From NCBI GenBank assembly GCA_051294375.1, contig CM119270.1, positions 17,891,710-17,955,709 of the forward strand: a stretch of DNA of 64,000 bases, in the 5' to 3' direction. The notes beneath the pieces were generated by a model. The model was not told where the DNA came from. It saw only the letters and a program-made list of their open reading frames with translations, and made no database searches. The stretch is from Paraspadella gotoi (taxonomy: Eukaryota > Animalia > Chaetognatha). This document shows positions 1-12,759 of this stretch, piece after piece (positions within the stretch are counted from its first letter, which is position 1; every line of letters begins with the position of its first letter). The translations under genes were made by a program, and so were the position numbers.

Positions 1-2996
1 TTTTCTTTTNNNNNNNNNNNNNNNNNNNNNNNNNNNNNNNNNNNNNNNNNNNNNNNNNNNNNNNNNNNNNNNNNNNNNNNNNNNNNNNNNNNNNNNNNNN
101 NNNNNNNNNNNNNNNNNNNNNNNNNNNNNNNNNNNNNNNNNNNNNNNNNNNNNNNNNNNNNNNNNNNNNNNNNNNNNNNNNNNNNNNNNNNNNNNNNNNN
201 NNNNNNNNNNNNNNNNNNNNNNNNNNNNNNNNNNNNNNNNNNNNNNNNNNNNNNNNNNNNNNNNNNNNNNNNNNNNNNNNNNNNNNNNNNNNNNNNNNNN
301 TGTGAGGAAACATCACCTGGCTTTTCACAGAGACAGCATGCGTCCAAATGTAATATCACGTTACATCTTCAATTTTGATGTAATCATAAAAAGATTCAAA
401 GCTTTTTTTTTCTCTCTAAAGTATCCAAAGCACGTCTCAAAAATTTCTTCACATTTTTTTTCGTACAAAATTCACGTTAGCATGTCACCACCTCAAAATT
501 CAAAGCTCGTTATTATTCCTGCCATCAATATGTAATATTATGTATGTATTAAAAAAATTGGCAGCGGAGTTTGAAACGAGTATCTTTACCTTGTATCAAT
601 ATTTACAAGATCTTTTTAAGACATACTTATTTACATGTACTTTTTTTCGCGTCGTAAGACGGGCATCTCTCGTTAACTNNNNNNNNNNNNNNNNNNNNNN
701 NNNNNNNNNNNNNNNNNNNNNNNNNNNNNNNNNNNNNNNNNNNNNNNNNNNNNNNNNNNNNNNNNNNNNNNNNNNNNNNNNNNNNNNNNNNNNNNNNNNN
801 NNNNNNNNNNNNNNNNNNNNNNNNNNNNNNNNNNNNNNNNNNNNNNNNNNNNNNNNNNNNNNNNNNNNNNNNNNNNNNNNNNNNNNNNNNNNNNNNNNNN
901 NNNNNNNNNNNNNNNNNNNNNNNNNNNNNNNNNNNNNNNNNNNNNNNNNNNNNNNNNNNNNNNNNNNNNNNNNNNNNNNNNNNNNNNNNNNNNNNNNNNN
1001 NNNNNNNNNNNNNNNNNNNNNNNNNNNNNNNNNNNNNNNNNNNNNNNNNNNNNNNNNNNNNNNNNNNNNNNNNNNNNNNNNNNNNNNNNNNNNNNNNNNN
1101 NNNNNNNNNNNNNNNNNNNNNNNNNNNNNNNNNNNNNNNNNNNNNNNNNNNNNNNNNNNNNNNNNNNNNNNNNNNNNNNNNNNNNNNNNNNNNNNNNNNN
1201 NNNNNNNNNNNNNNNNNNNNNNNNNNNNNNNNNNNNNNNNNNNNNNNNNNNNNNNNNNNNNNNNNNNNNNNNNNNNNNNNNNNNNNNNNNNNNNNNNNNN
1301 NNNNNNNNNNNNNNNNNNNNNNNNNNNNNNNNNNNNNNNNNNNNNNNNNNNNNNNNNNNNNNNNNNNNNNNNNNNNNNNNNNNNNNNNNNNNTGTCCCTT
1401 AGATGCGGAACCAGAAGCGCCGCCTGGCGTTTCCCTCCCGCGCTGAAACAAATTAGCAAATTGTTCTTCTTTTCCTCGTTACATTTTCCCCTCGAACCGC
1501 TCCGTTCCTTCTTCTTCTTCCTCTTCCGACGGTTAAAAAATAGAAAAGAGGGATTTCTGAGAAATGGCGAGGAATTCCGAGAAATCCTCTTCGGCGATTG
1601 ATGAATTCGCGGCGGAGAAGAGAACATCCATTTATTTTCAAGACCAAAAAAAAAGGAAAAAGATAAAAAGATAAAAGAAATGAAGGAATGTAATCCTTTT
1701 TTTTCTTTCTTTCGTCCTTGTTTCTTCCTTTTCTTTTTTTGGTTTTTTTCTTACTTTTTTTTTCTCTCTACTTTGGCTCCCATTTTTACCAGGTTTTTTT
1801 TCTCGCTTCTAGAGAAAAAAAAAGACGATTTCGTTCCAAGAAAAGAAAAAAAAAGGCGTCCTGCTCACACTCTCATTATCTAGCCTTTTAAGATATTTTA
1901 AAAGTAAATTAAATTTTCTTATAAGATAATATAGTTTGGGCATAATTTTTATTTAAAATCGATCTTGTTCAGTTTAGAAGCAGTGAAGTAAAGTTAAAGT
2001 AAAGTTAAAGGCAAAGGCAAAACGTAAAGAAAAATTTGATTCATTTTTTATGATTAATCTTCTTTTTAATATTTTATGTTCTTGTTTATAGATTAAAATA
2101 TGAACAAAAAAAATTCGACCCAGAATCCCTAAATAATAATTTTCATAGGTTATTTAAAAAATCAGAAAATAACTTAGTTAGACTCTCAATATTGCCGCAA
2201 TTTTGAAAAATGTTTTAATAACCGTGCAAAAGACTTATCATGTGCCTTGTTCGGCTTTACTTAGTCTGAAATCATTTTTGTAAACATAATTTTATTTTTT
2301 ATGTTTGTATTTGATACGAAAATTTTTTACATAAAAAACTCTTTGCCTATTGTGGGCATTTTTCTTTATAGAATTTTTATACAGATAGGCAATTAATTAT
2401 GCCGCGAAAGACTGTGGAATTCTGATGGCCGCCGAAGCTGAGTAAATTTAATATAAATTCCGCTGACTAATTAGGCATTTTTAAATTTCTATTAGAAAAT
2501 CTCTCGTTAAATTAACAAATAAAATCAAGCGATTTATTGACGTTGATGTACACAGTACATAATAACAATCTTTGAGATTTCTCAAAAAGTAAACGAAAAT
2601 TCATCAAAACTATTTTACAATAAAACCGCATAACAATTCCGCTTGAACGAAAACGTTCGGGAATAAACTGGTATAGTAAACAACAAATAATGATTTTAAC
2701 TTTAAATACACTAAACCAACAATTTTTTTCGTCGTATCAGTTCTCAAACAAATGTCTATACCTCGATACACACTGAATAAAATAATAAACTGGACATAAT
2801 TGAACACCAAGCTGGAGGACAAGACAATTAACAGATATAACATTATCACGTATTCACGTTTGAATGAGATAGACTTTGAGAAAAAGTTAATCGAGATAGG
2901 ATTAAAAAAAAGAAAAGTAAAGAAAAACGTAAAGAAGAGAGAAAAAAATAAAAGGAATGAGCGGGGAGGGATTATTTTTTAAAACACGATTGGAGT

Positions 2997-4265
2997 TTAA
3001 CACGGTGGAATAAATCGTCCTTCCGCCGAAAACGATTCGAAAGGGCAGAAGAGAGTTTGACGAATCATTGCGCCTTCAAAAAAAACATCATAAATCACCA
3101 CCGCGCAATAGCCATCGTCAACGCCGCAATTACGATCAACGGTCGTTCGCTGTCGTCGCCCGAGCCGTTCGCGCGATGACGACTTAATCGACGCACGTCC
3201 GTCCTTGCAAGGGAAGTCAAGTAATCGATGAGTAAGCGTCCTCTTCTCGAGACGAGAAAGAGGGAATGCGATTGGAGAGTCCGACGTCTTCGTCCGTCGT
3301 CTTCGCTGGCGTGGGCGCGGAAAGGTCTGGAGCAACTCTCCTCGATCATTTCGTCGACGCCGTCTCCGCGGACGGGAGACGTTCTTGCGGAAGAACTCGT
3401 CCTCGATGTCGTTGGAGTCGCGAGACGGCTGCTTCCTGCTCTTGCTGGTGTCGCTCGAGCTGTGCTGTACTTGCGCGGCGACTCGGACCCTTCCTCCAGC
3501 GTTTCCCTCCGGGCGGCATCCCTTTGCAGCGACGCGTAGCACCATTCTTCATGTTCATGCTGCGCAGAGTCCACCGACGGCGTCATTCAGCCCGGATTGC
3601 GAACCGAGAGGCCCCAGTCATCACGTAATAGTCCCGTCCGGGCTGAAACTCGAATCCGAAAAGGGTGCGGGGAGAAGGGAGTGACGAGCAGGGAGAAGAC
3701 GTTAGAAACGCGGAGGGGAGGGCGCAGGAGAGATCCACCGGAAGCGAGGCTAGGGACGATCGACGTCTTAAGCGGCAGGATGGCGTGTATTGATCACGGG
3801 TGACCAGGTAGAGGGCGTAGGTACTCCGGGTAGGGCGGCCCGGGTGGAGGACGTTGTAGAGGGCAGTTGAGGTTGATCTTGTCGGCCCACCTTTGGGAGA
3901 GGAAGATAAGAATGGTATGTTTTATTAAGAAATTAAGGAGAAATTAATTTAGGTTTTAATTGTTTAATAAACGTAAAGTCAGATATCTAGACTACATTTA
4001 CTTGTGAAATAATGTAAATGAAACCCATATGTACCTCGACTGTCAACGACGTGATCCGTGTTTACTGCGATCGAACATCGGGATTGGAAATATTTCCAGT
4101 TATCTCGTGAGTGACACGACGACCGGCGCCGATGAAGCGGCGTGCCGCAGACCGGGCGTCGGAACCAACGACGCCGCGAGAAGAAAGAAAGGCGAAGAGA
4201 GCCGCGCTCTGATATGGAAAAGGCGTGCCTGGGGAAACGGCGTTGAATTCCGTCGGTGGCGCCAT
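2997..4265 (-). CDS. Efn: Ephrin (Eph receptor ligand), two exons (4265-4035; 3890-~2997), frame broken by many single-base indels; copy 1
   Basis: Manual minus-strand translation allowing 1-nt indels gives ATG 4265, hydrophobic leader (AALFAFL..), then HEI(Y)WNISNPMFDRSNTDHV.TVE | VGDKINLNCP(L)YNVLHPGRPTPEYYALYLVTRDQY..SCRL...LSC...VFSLLVTPFSPHPFGFEFQPGRDYYVMT...GLNDAVGGLC..MNMKMVLRV. This has the ordered ephrin receptor-binding-domain motifs (YWNxSN, GDxxxxxCP, Y.LY.V...Y..C, PF.P..GFEF.PG.DYY, GG.C...MK) and four Cys. Intron 4034-3891 (144 nt): GAG|GTACAT...cttcctctcccaaAG|GTG. Hydrophobic stretch PLIVIAALTMAIA(A)VVIYDVFF near 3140-3078. The 3' end is uncertain because of frameshifts. Confidence 0.88.
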
Positions 4266-4664
4266 TGCTTTTTGTTTTTTTTTGAGGGTTTTTAATTTTT
4301 CAAGTTGCTGCCTAGATTTTCTTCGGAGAAAAAACTGGGCGGAGATCGGAGAGTGAAGTCAAGGTTCTTTGTAATCGTTGATTCACCAGAAACACGAACC
4401 GAGTGAGAGAGACGAAGTTTACTTGATCGGTAAGTCGCTGAGAATCACTGAGAATCGGCTAGAGCACTGAGAGGTAAGCTAAAAAATGCTTGCGAATAAT
4501 TTCGAGAGGTTTATTAGGGATGTGAGAGATAGGCGAAAAGAGAATAGAGCGAGAGGGTACGATTAAAAGCTGAGAGATAGATTGTGAGAGCCAAAGAATG
4601 ATCTCGGCGAGCGAAGCCGACTTTTATGGCGACGATCGAACGAAAGAGCGGCAAAGTATCTCTC

Positions 4665-4698
<34 letters not shown>

Positions 4699-5948
4699 TC
4701 CTCTCTCTTTCTTCATGATTCGGCGTCGTCACCTGTCCGTCGCCTACTTCTCCTATTCCTCTTCCTCTCTTCCTCCTACTCCTACAACCGGTGTCAAACG
4801 GAGGATGAGAAGAGGATTGGGGGGGGGGCTGTTCAGGTCAGGGCGACGAGGGTCCCTCGTTGATTATAGGGAAAAAATGCCGTCGCGACTGGCAGTCTCG
4901 TCGACGATGTCCGGTAACCGAGTCGGCGGCCGGTATATTCGGCGGGTTTCTCCGGTCGCTCTCCGAAAACGCTTATCGTTTATCAAACAGTTTTATCGCT
5001 TGTGTTTTTCATCGTTTCGTCGTTTTCGTCCGTAACGAACTTTTACGGAAGGAAGAAAATATGAGACTAACTACGACGACAGTGGGTAGGATTAGGGAAA
5101 GGTGATTCCTAAATGGATCCGGAGGGGTGATCCGGCAGGGCGGAGTGTTTCTCGAGGCGTTCCGTTGCCGCTAAAGAATTTGGGCTGACTATTTTGATGG
5201 AAATAATAATTGATATAATTATAATTTCGATAATGAATGGATACATTAAACAGTTAATCATTTATAAGCCCGAGTGTTTATTTGCCTTTCTATCATTACG
5301 AAGCTGCGATAACAAAACAAAAAAACAAAAATCGACGAAGACTACTTGATGGTGAAAATATTTTGGCGAGGAGCAACAAACTAGTTCCTTCAAGATTGGA
5401 AAAAAAAAAATGTCTTTCTTTCTTTCTTACTTTTTTCATAAAAAAAACATTATTATAAAAACCAATGAATAAACACCGAATATTACACCTCGGAAGCAAA
5501 GATAAAAACATAACCTGACAACAAAGAAGAATGATGAACTCGTTAAAAATATTTCGATCGCCGTGAAATTACGGGCCCTTCAATGCACCGACGAGGGTGA
5601 TCTTGAAAATTTGCACGGAATTCAATGGGGGGGGGGGGGGGAGGGGGCTGGATTATCGTTATTGTCGTCGTCGTCGTCGTCGTCGATCCAGGACACTCGT
5701 TGTCCGTGAAACGGGTTTCGTCGTCCCTCGTTATCGAATTTGACCATGGGAGCGATCGGCGGAGTGAGTGATTAGAGAGAGGAGAGACGAGAGAGATGAT
5801 GAGAGAGAGAGAGAGAGAGTGAGAGAGATGCACCTGTCCCGTTCGGGTCACGATGTCGGTTCAGTTATTGCGTGTGAATGCGATGTGTGAAGAATTCGTA
5901 AATACGTCCGTGAAACAGTGAATGGGGGTGAAGGGAAAGGATGACCGG

Positions 5949-5989
<41 letters not shown>

Positions 5990-6008
5990 AGAAGGAGAGA
6001 GGAGAAAG

Positions 6009-6049
<41 letters not shown>

Positions 6050-7794
6050 GAGGAGCGAGCGCNNNNNNNNNNNNNNNNNNNNNNNNNAGCGCAAGCCCAG
6101 TAACTCGATCGTATTCCCACCGGTTTCGCCTTCGATCAAAACAAACATCCTTGAGTTCGCCACAAACAAGAGACGCCCATATCGTTGACGTCGTCGTCGT
6201 CGTTGTCGTCGTCGTCGTCGTCTTCCGCTTTTCCTCCAGAACCATCATCATCATCATCATCATCGTCATCGTCATCATCGTCTCATAATCGACGTCATGA
6301 AAATCTATGCATAAAACATGATGCGAAGTCTCGCGCTGGAATCGGCGAGAGAGAGACAGAGACGAAGGCCAACGAGAAAGAGAGAGACAGAGTCCGAGGC
6401 CTTGGCACCTGCGGAATATTCCTACTTTTTCCATTTAATGTTCATAAAAAGATTTCTTTTCAAATTATTTTATTTTTTTTTTATAAAGAACCCTATACTA
6501 TACACGGCTTTTCATTTTGAACGATTAGTCGTCGTCGTTATCGTCGTTATCGTCGTNNNNNNNNNNGAACCCTATACTATACACGGCTTCTCATTTTGAA
6601 CGATTAGTCGTCGTCGTTATCGTCGTTGTTGTCGTCGTCGTCTTTAACGTAAGGCGTCCTGCTCACACTCTCATTATCTAGCCTTTTAAGATATTTTAAA
6701 AGTAAATTAAATTTTCTTATAAGATAATATAGTTTGGGCATAATTTTTATTTAAAATCGATCTTGTTCAGTTTAGAAGCAGTGAAGTAAAGTTAAAGTAA
6801 AGTTAAAGGCAAAGGCAAAACGTAAAGAAAAATTTGATTCATTTTTTATGATTAATCTTCTTTTTAATATTTTATGTTCTTGTTTATAGATTAAAATATG
6901 AACAAAAAAAATTCGACCCAGAATCCCTAAATAATAATTTTCATAGGTTATTTAAAAAATCAGAAAATAACTTAGTTAGACTCTCAATATTGCCGCAATT
7001 TTGAAAAATGTTTTAATAACCGTGCAAAAGACTTATCATGTGCCTTGTTCGGCTTTACTTAGTCTGAAATCATTTTTGTAAACATAATTTTATTTTTTAT
7101 GTTTGTATTTGATACGAAAATTTTTTACATAAAAAACTCTTTGCCTATTGTGGGCATTTTTCTTTATAGAATTTTTATACAGATAGGCAATTAATTATGC
7201 CGCGAAAGACTGTGGAATTCTGATGGCCGCCGAAGCTGAGTAAATTTAATATAAATTCCGCTGACTAATTAGGCATTTTTAAATTTCTATTAGAAAATCT
7301 CTCGTTAAATTAACAAATAAAATCAAGCGATTTATTGACGTTGATGTACACAGTACATAATAACAATCTTTGAGATTTCTCAAAAAGTAAACGAAAATTC
7401 ATCAAAACTATTTTACAATAAAACCGCATAACAATTCCGCTTGAACGAAAACGTTCGGGAATAAACTGGTATAGTAAACAACAAATAATGATTTTAACTT
7501 TAAATACACTAAACCAACAATTTTTTTCGTCGTATCAGTTCTCAAACAAATGTCTATACCTCGATACACACTGAATAAAATAATAAACTGGACATAATTG
7601 AACACCAAGCTGGAGGACAAGACAATTAACAGATATAACATTATCACGTATTCACGTTTGAATGAGATAGACTTTGAGAAAAAGTTAATCGAGATAGGAT
7701 TAAAAAAAAGAAAAGTAAAGAAAAACGTAAAGAAGAGAGAAAAAAATAAAAGGAATGAGCGGGGAGGGATTATTTTTTAAAACACGATTGGAGT

Positions 7795-9063
7795 TTAACA
7801 CGGTGGAATAAATCGTCCTTCCGCCGAAAACGATTCGAAAGGGCAGAAGAGAGTTTGACGAATCATTGCGCCTTCAAAAAAAACATCATAAATCACCACC
7901 GCGCAATAGCCATCGTCAACGCCGCAATTACGATCAACGGTCGTTCGCTGTCGTCGCCCGAGCCGTTCGCGCGATGACGACTTAATCGACGCACGTCCGT
8001 CCTTGCAAGGGAAGTCAAGTAATCGATGAGTAAGCGTCCTCTTCTCGAGACGAGAAAGAGGGAATGCGATTGGAGAGTCCGACGTCTTCGTCCGTCGTCT
8101 TCGCTGGCGTGGGCGCGGAAAGGTCTGGAGCAACTCTCCTCGATCATTTCGTCGACGCCGTCTCCGCGGACGGGAGACGTTCTTGCGGAAGAACTCGTCC
8201 TCGATGTCGTTGGAGTCGCGAGACGGCTGCTTCCTGCTCTTGCTGGTGTCGCTCGAGCTGTGCTGTACTTGCGCGGCGACTCGGACCCTTCCTCCAGCGT
8301 TTCCCTCCGGGCGGCATCCCTTTGCAGCGACGCGTAGCACCATTCTTCATGTTCATGCTGCGCAGAGTCCACCGACGGCGTCATTCAGCCCGGATTGCGA
8401 ACCGAGAGGCCCCAGTCATCACGTAATAGTCCCGTCCGGGCTGAAACTCGAATCCGAAAAGGGTGCGGGGAGAAGGGAGTGACGAGCAGGGAGAAGACGT
8501 TAGAAACGCGGAGGGGAGGGCGCAGGAGAGATCCACCGGAAGCGAGGCTAGGGACGATCGACGTCTTAAGCGGCAGGATGGCGTGTATTGATCACGGGTG
8601 ACCAGGTAGAGGGCGTAGGTACTCCGGGTAGGGCGGCCCGGGTGGAGGACGTTGTAGAGGGCAGTTGAGGTTGATCTTGTCGGCCCACCTTTGGGAGAGG
8701 AAGATAAGAATGGTATGTTTTATTAAGAAATTAAGGAGAAATTAATTTAGGTTTTAATTGTTTAATAAACGTAAAGTCAGATATCTAGACTACATTTACT
8801 TGTGAAATAATGTAAATGAAACCCATATGTACCTCGACTGTCAACGACGTGATCCGTGTTTACTGCGATCGAACATCGGGATTGGAAATATTTCCAGTTA
8901 TCTCGTGAGTGACACGACGACCGGCGCCGATGAAGCGGCGTGCCGCAGACCGGGCGTCGGAACCAACGACGCCGCGAGAAGAAAGAAAGGCGAAGAGAGC
9001 CGCGCTCTGATATGGAAAAGGCGTGCCTGGGGAAACGGCGTTGAATTCCGTCGGTGGCGCCAT
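7795..9063 (-). CDS. Efn: Ephrin, copy 2 (base-identical to 2997-4265, offset 4798)
   Basis: Same sequence, intron (8832-8689) and frameshifts as copy 1; the ORF track repeats the same ORFs at +4798. Confidence 0.85.
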
Positions 9064-9462
9064 TGCTTTTTGTTTTTTTTTGAGGGTTTTTAATTTTTCA
9101 AGTTGCTGCCTAGATTTTCTTCGGAGAAAAAACTGGGCGGAGATCGGAGAGTGAAGTCAAGGTTCTTTGTAATCGTTGATTCACCAGAAACACGAACCGA
9201 GTGAGAGAGACGAAGTTTACTTGATCGGTAAGTCGCTGAGAATCACTGAGAATCGGCTAGAGCACTGAGAGGTAAGCTAAAAAATGCTTGCGAATAATTT
9301 CGAGAGGTTTATTAGGGATGTGAGAGATAGGCGAAAAGAGAATAGAGCGAGAGGGTACGATTAAAAGCTGAGAGATAGATTGTGAGAGCCAAAGAATGAT
9401 CTCGGCGAGCGAAGCCGACTTTTATGGCGACGATCGAACGAAAGAGCGGCAAAGTATCTCTC

Positions 9463-9496
<34 letters not shown>

Positions 9497-10746
9497 TCCT
9501 CTCTCTTTCTTCATGATTCGGCGTCGTCACCTGTCCGTCGCCTACTTCTCCTATTCCTCTTCCTCTCTTCCTCCTACTCCTACAACCGGTGTCAAACGGA
9601 GGATGAGAAGAGGATTGGGGGGGGGGCTGTTCAGGTCAGGGCGACGAGGGTCCCTCGTTGATTATAGGGAAAAAATGCCGTCGCGACTGGCAGTCTCGTC
9701 GACGATGTCCGGTAACCGAGTCGGCGGCCGGTATATTCGGCGGGTTTCTCCGGTCGCTCTCCGAAAACGCTTATCGTTTATCAAACAGTTTTATCGCTTG
9801 TGTTTTTCATCGTTTCGTCGTTTTCGTCCGTAACGAACTTTTACGGAAGGAAGAAAATATGAGACTAACTACGACGACAGTGGGTAGGATTAGGGAAAGG
9901 TGATTCCTAAATGGATCCGGAGGGGTGATCCGGCAGGGCGGAGTGTTTCTCGAGGCGTTCCGTTGCCGCTAAAGAATTTGGGCTGACTATTTTGATGGAA
10001 ATAATAATTGATATAATTATAATTTCGATAATGAATGGATACATTAAACAGTTAATCATTTATAAGCCCGAGTGTTTATTTGCCTTTCTATCATTACGAA
10101 GCTGCGATAACAAAACAAAAAAACAAAAATCGACGAAGACTACTTGATGGTGAAAATATTTTGGCGAGGAGCAACAAACTAGTTCCTTCAAGATTGGAAA
10201 AAAAAAAATGTCTTTCTTTCTTTCTTACTTTTTTCATAAAAAAAACATTATTATAAAAACCAATGAATAAACACCGAATATTACACCTCGGAAGCAAAGA
10301 TAAAAACATAACCTGACAACAAAGAAGAATGATGAACTCGTTAAAAATATTTCGATCGCCGTGAAATTACGGGCCCTTCAATGCACCGACGAGGGTGATC
10401 TTGAAAATTTGCACGGAATTCAATGGGGGGGGGGGGGGGAGGGGGCTGGATTATCGTTATTGTCGTCGTCGTCGTCGTCGTCGATCCAGGACACTCGTTG
10501 TCCGTGAAACGGGTTTCGTCGTCCCTCGTTATCGAATTTGACCATGGGAGCGATCGGCGGAGTGAGTGATTAGAGAGAGGAGAGACGAGAGAGATGATGA
10601 GAGAGAGAGAGAGAGAGTGAGAGAGATGCACCTGTCCCGTTCGGGTCACGATGTCGGTTCAGTTATTGCGTGTGAATGCGATGTGTGAAGAATTCGTAAA
10701 TACGTCCGTGAAACAGTGAATGGGGGTGAAGGGAAAGGATGACCGG

Positions 10747-10787
<41 letters not shown>

Positions 10788-10806
10788 AGAAGGAGAGAGG
10801 AGAAAG

Positions 10807-10847
<41 letters not shown>

Positions 10848-12080
10848 GAGGAGCGAGCGCCAAGCCCAGTAACTCGATCCGTATTCCCCACCGGTTTCGC
10901 CTTCGATCAAAACAACATTCCGTTGAGTTCGCCTACAAAACAAGAGACGCCCATTATTTCGTTGACGTTCGTCGTCGTGTTTGTCGTCGTCGTCGTTCGT
11001 CTTCGCACTTTTCTCCAGAACCATCATCATCATCATCATTCATCGTCATCGCATCATCGTCTCATAAATCACGTCATGAAATCTATGCATTAAAACATGA
11101 TGCGAAGTTTACAGTCTCGCGCTGGAAATCGGCGAGAGAGAGACAAGAGACGAAGGCCAACGAGAAAGAAAGACAGAGTCCGAAGTCCTTTGCACTGCGG
11201 ATTTCCTACTTTTTCCATTTAATGTTATAAAAGATTTCTTTTCAAATTATTTTTTTTTATAAAGAACCTATACTATACACGGGCTTTTCATTTGAACGAT
11301 TAGTCGTCGTCGTTATCGTCGTATCTTTGTTTTCGTCTCGCGGCTTAAACGTCGTTGTTGTCGTCGTTGTCGTAGTCTTCTGTCGTAGTGATCCGGCTTA
11401 GTCCGTGTATACTGTTTGTCGAAGGTCATTCGAGGACACGTATTTGTTCCTTCTCTCTCTCTCACTCACTCATTCCTACACTTCCTCTTCTCTCTCTCTC
11501 CATCTCTCTCTCTAACCTCTCTCACTCTCTTCTCTCTCTGCTCTCTCTCTTCTCTCTCTCTCTCTTCTCTCTACTCTCTCTTCTCTCGTCTCTCTTTCTC
11601 TCNNNNNNNNNNNNNNNNNNNNNNNNNCTCTCAGACTAATCTCTTTGGATTCATTTTTTCTCCTTCTTTATTGTTTTCTCTGAACTTCTTATACACATCC
11701 CTTGTCACGGAATCAGTACTAGTATTAATTTATTTGATTTATCACCTTTGACTCAAATCAAAATTGTGAAATGGGTACAACCAATATAAAGTTATTCAGG
11801 TTAAGTCCTCCATCCATTTCACAAGATAGTAACATAGCAGAACCCTAAGAGCTTTGATAATGTGATTGTGTGATTGTGATCGAATGACAGCGATTGTGTG
11901 ATGTTTTTTTCCTCGAATCCGAATCACAAAAAAAAACTTGTGATGTCGACGACAATGATTTCCGTCGAGGATTTTTCGTCATTCGTCTTCAAAGATTAAA
12001 ACCGACGACGTGAAAATCTGATCGACTGCTCGTGACTGACGCGATGGCTCGAGGGGAAATTCACGTGATGGGAAAGTCAC

Positions 12081-12554
12081 GTGAGGAGGGAATCGCGTGA
12101 CATCGAATCTCGAGACATTGACTCGCGTGAAAGGAAAAGTCACGTGACGAGGGAATCACCCGACGGTGAATCACACGAACTTAATCCAGTGACGAGGGAA
12201 TCTCTCAACGTGAGATCGCGTGAAAGGAAAAGTCACATGATGAGGGAATCACGCAACAGTGAATCACACGAACGTAATCGATTGACGAGGGAATCTCTTG
12301 ACATGAGATCGCGTGAAAGGAAATCACGTGAGAAAAGTCACGTGACGAGGGAATCACCCGACGGTGAATCACGTGAACGTAATCCAGTGACGAGGGAATC
12401 TCTCGACGTGAGATCGCGTGAAAGGAAATCACGTGATAAAAGTCATGCGGCGAGGTCATCACGTGACGAGGTGAATCCCGACGGCGGTGAACGATGGAAA
12501 GCGATGGAAGCGCGCAAAGTGAGAATGGATGGAGGACAACGAGGAAACCTGTGA
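12081..12554 (+). CDS. Putative coding segment (possible terminal exon) built of 31/35-aa R/E/S-rich tandem repeats
   Basis: Repeat anchors agtca(c/t) at 12138, 12231, 12336, 12441 give periods 93, 105, 105 nt, all multiples of 3. Frame stays open (SHVTRESPDGESHELNPVTRESLNVRSRERK) to TGA 12552-12554. No family recognised. Confidence 0.35.
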   Translation: MRRESRDIESRDIDSRERKSHVTRESPDGESHELNPVTRESLNVRSRERKSHMMRESRNSESHERNRLTRESLDMRSRERKSREKSHVTRESPDGESRERNPVTRESLDVRSRERKSRDKSHAARSSRDEVNPDGGERWKAMEARKVRMDGGQRGNL

Positions 12555-12759
12555 ACCCTGAGGACACAACAAACGAAACGTCGACGCTTGAAAAAAAAAG
12601 AAGAAACGATTTTTTTGTGAAAAGAAAAAAAAATCGAATTCATATTCGAGAATCGAAACAGAAGGAATAATTTTTTGAGTCCCAAAAAAAATATGAGGAT
12701 GTGAAACAAGAGTAAAAATTAACTGTTATGCACGAAGAGTCATCCCATGCACAGGTATA

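Larger units (their letters stand above)
1853..11352. repeat. Direct tandem duplication, unit 4798 bp (1853-6650 and 6651-~11352), probably a gap-filling artefact
   Basis: aaggcgtcctgctcacactc starts both units. I see no differences between 1853-6062 and 6651-10860, including homopolymer and microsatellite lengths. 10861-11352 is an indel-rich version of ~6092-6650. 25-N gaps at 6063-6087 and 11603-11627. Confidence 0.9.

Noticed and set aside
3500-4265. Programmed frameshifting or RNA editing as the explanation for the ephrin indels
   Set aside because: The indels are numerous, mostly +1, often in short homopolymers, with no recurring slippery motif, in a scaffold full of raw-read artefacts.
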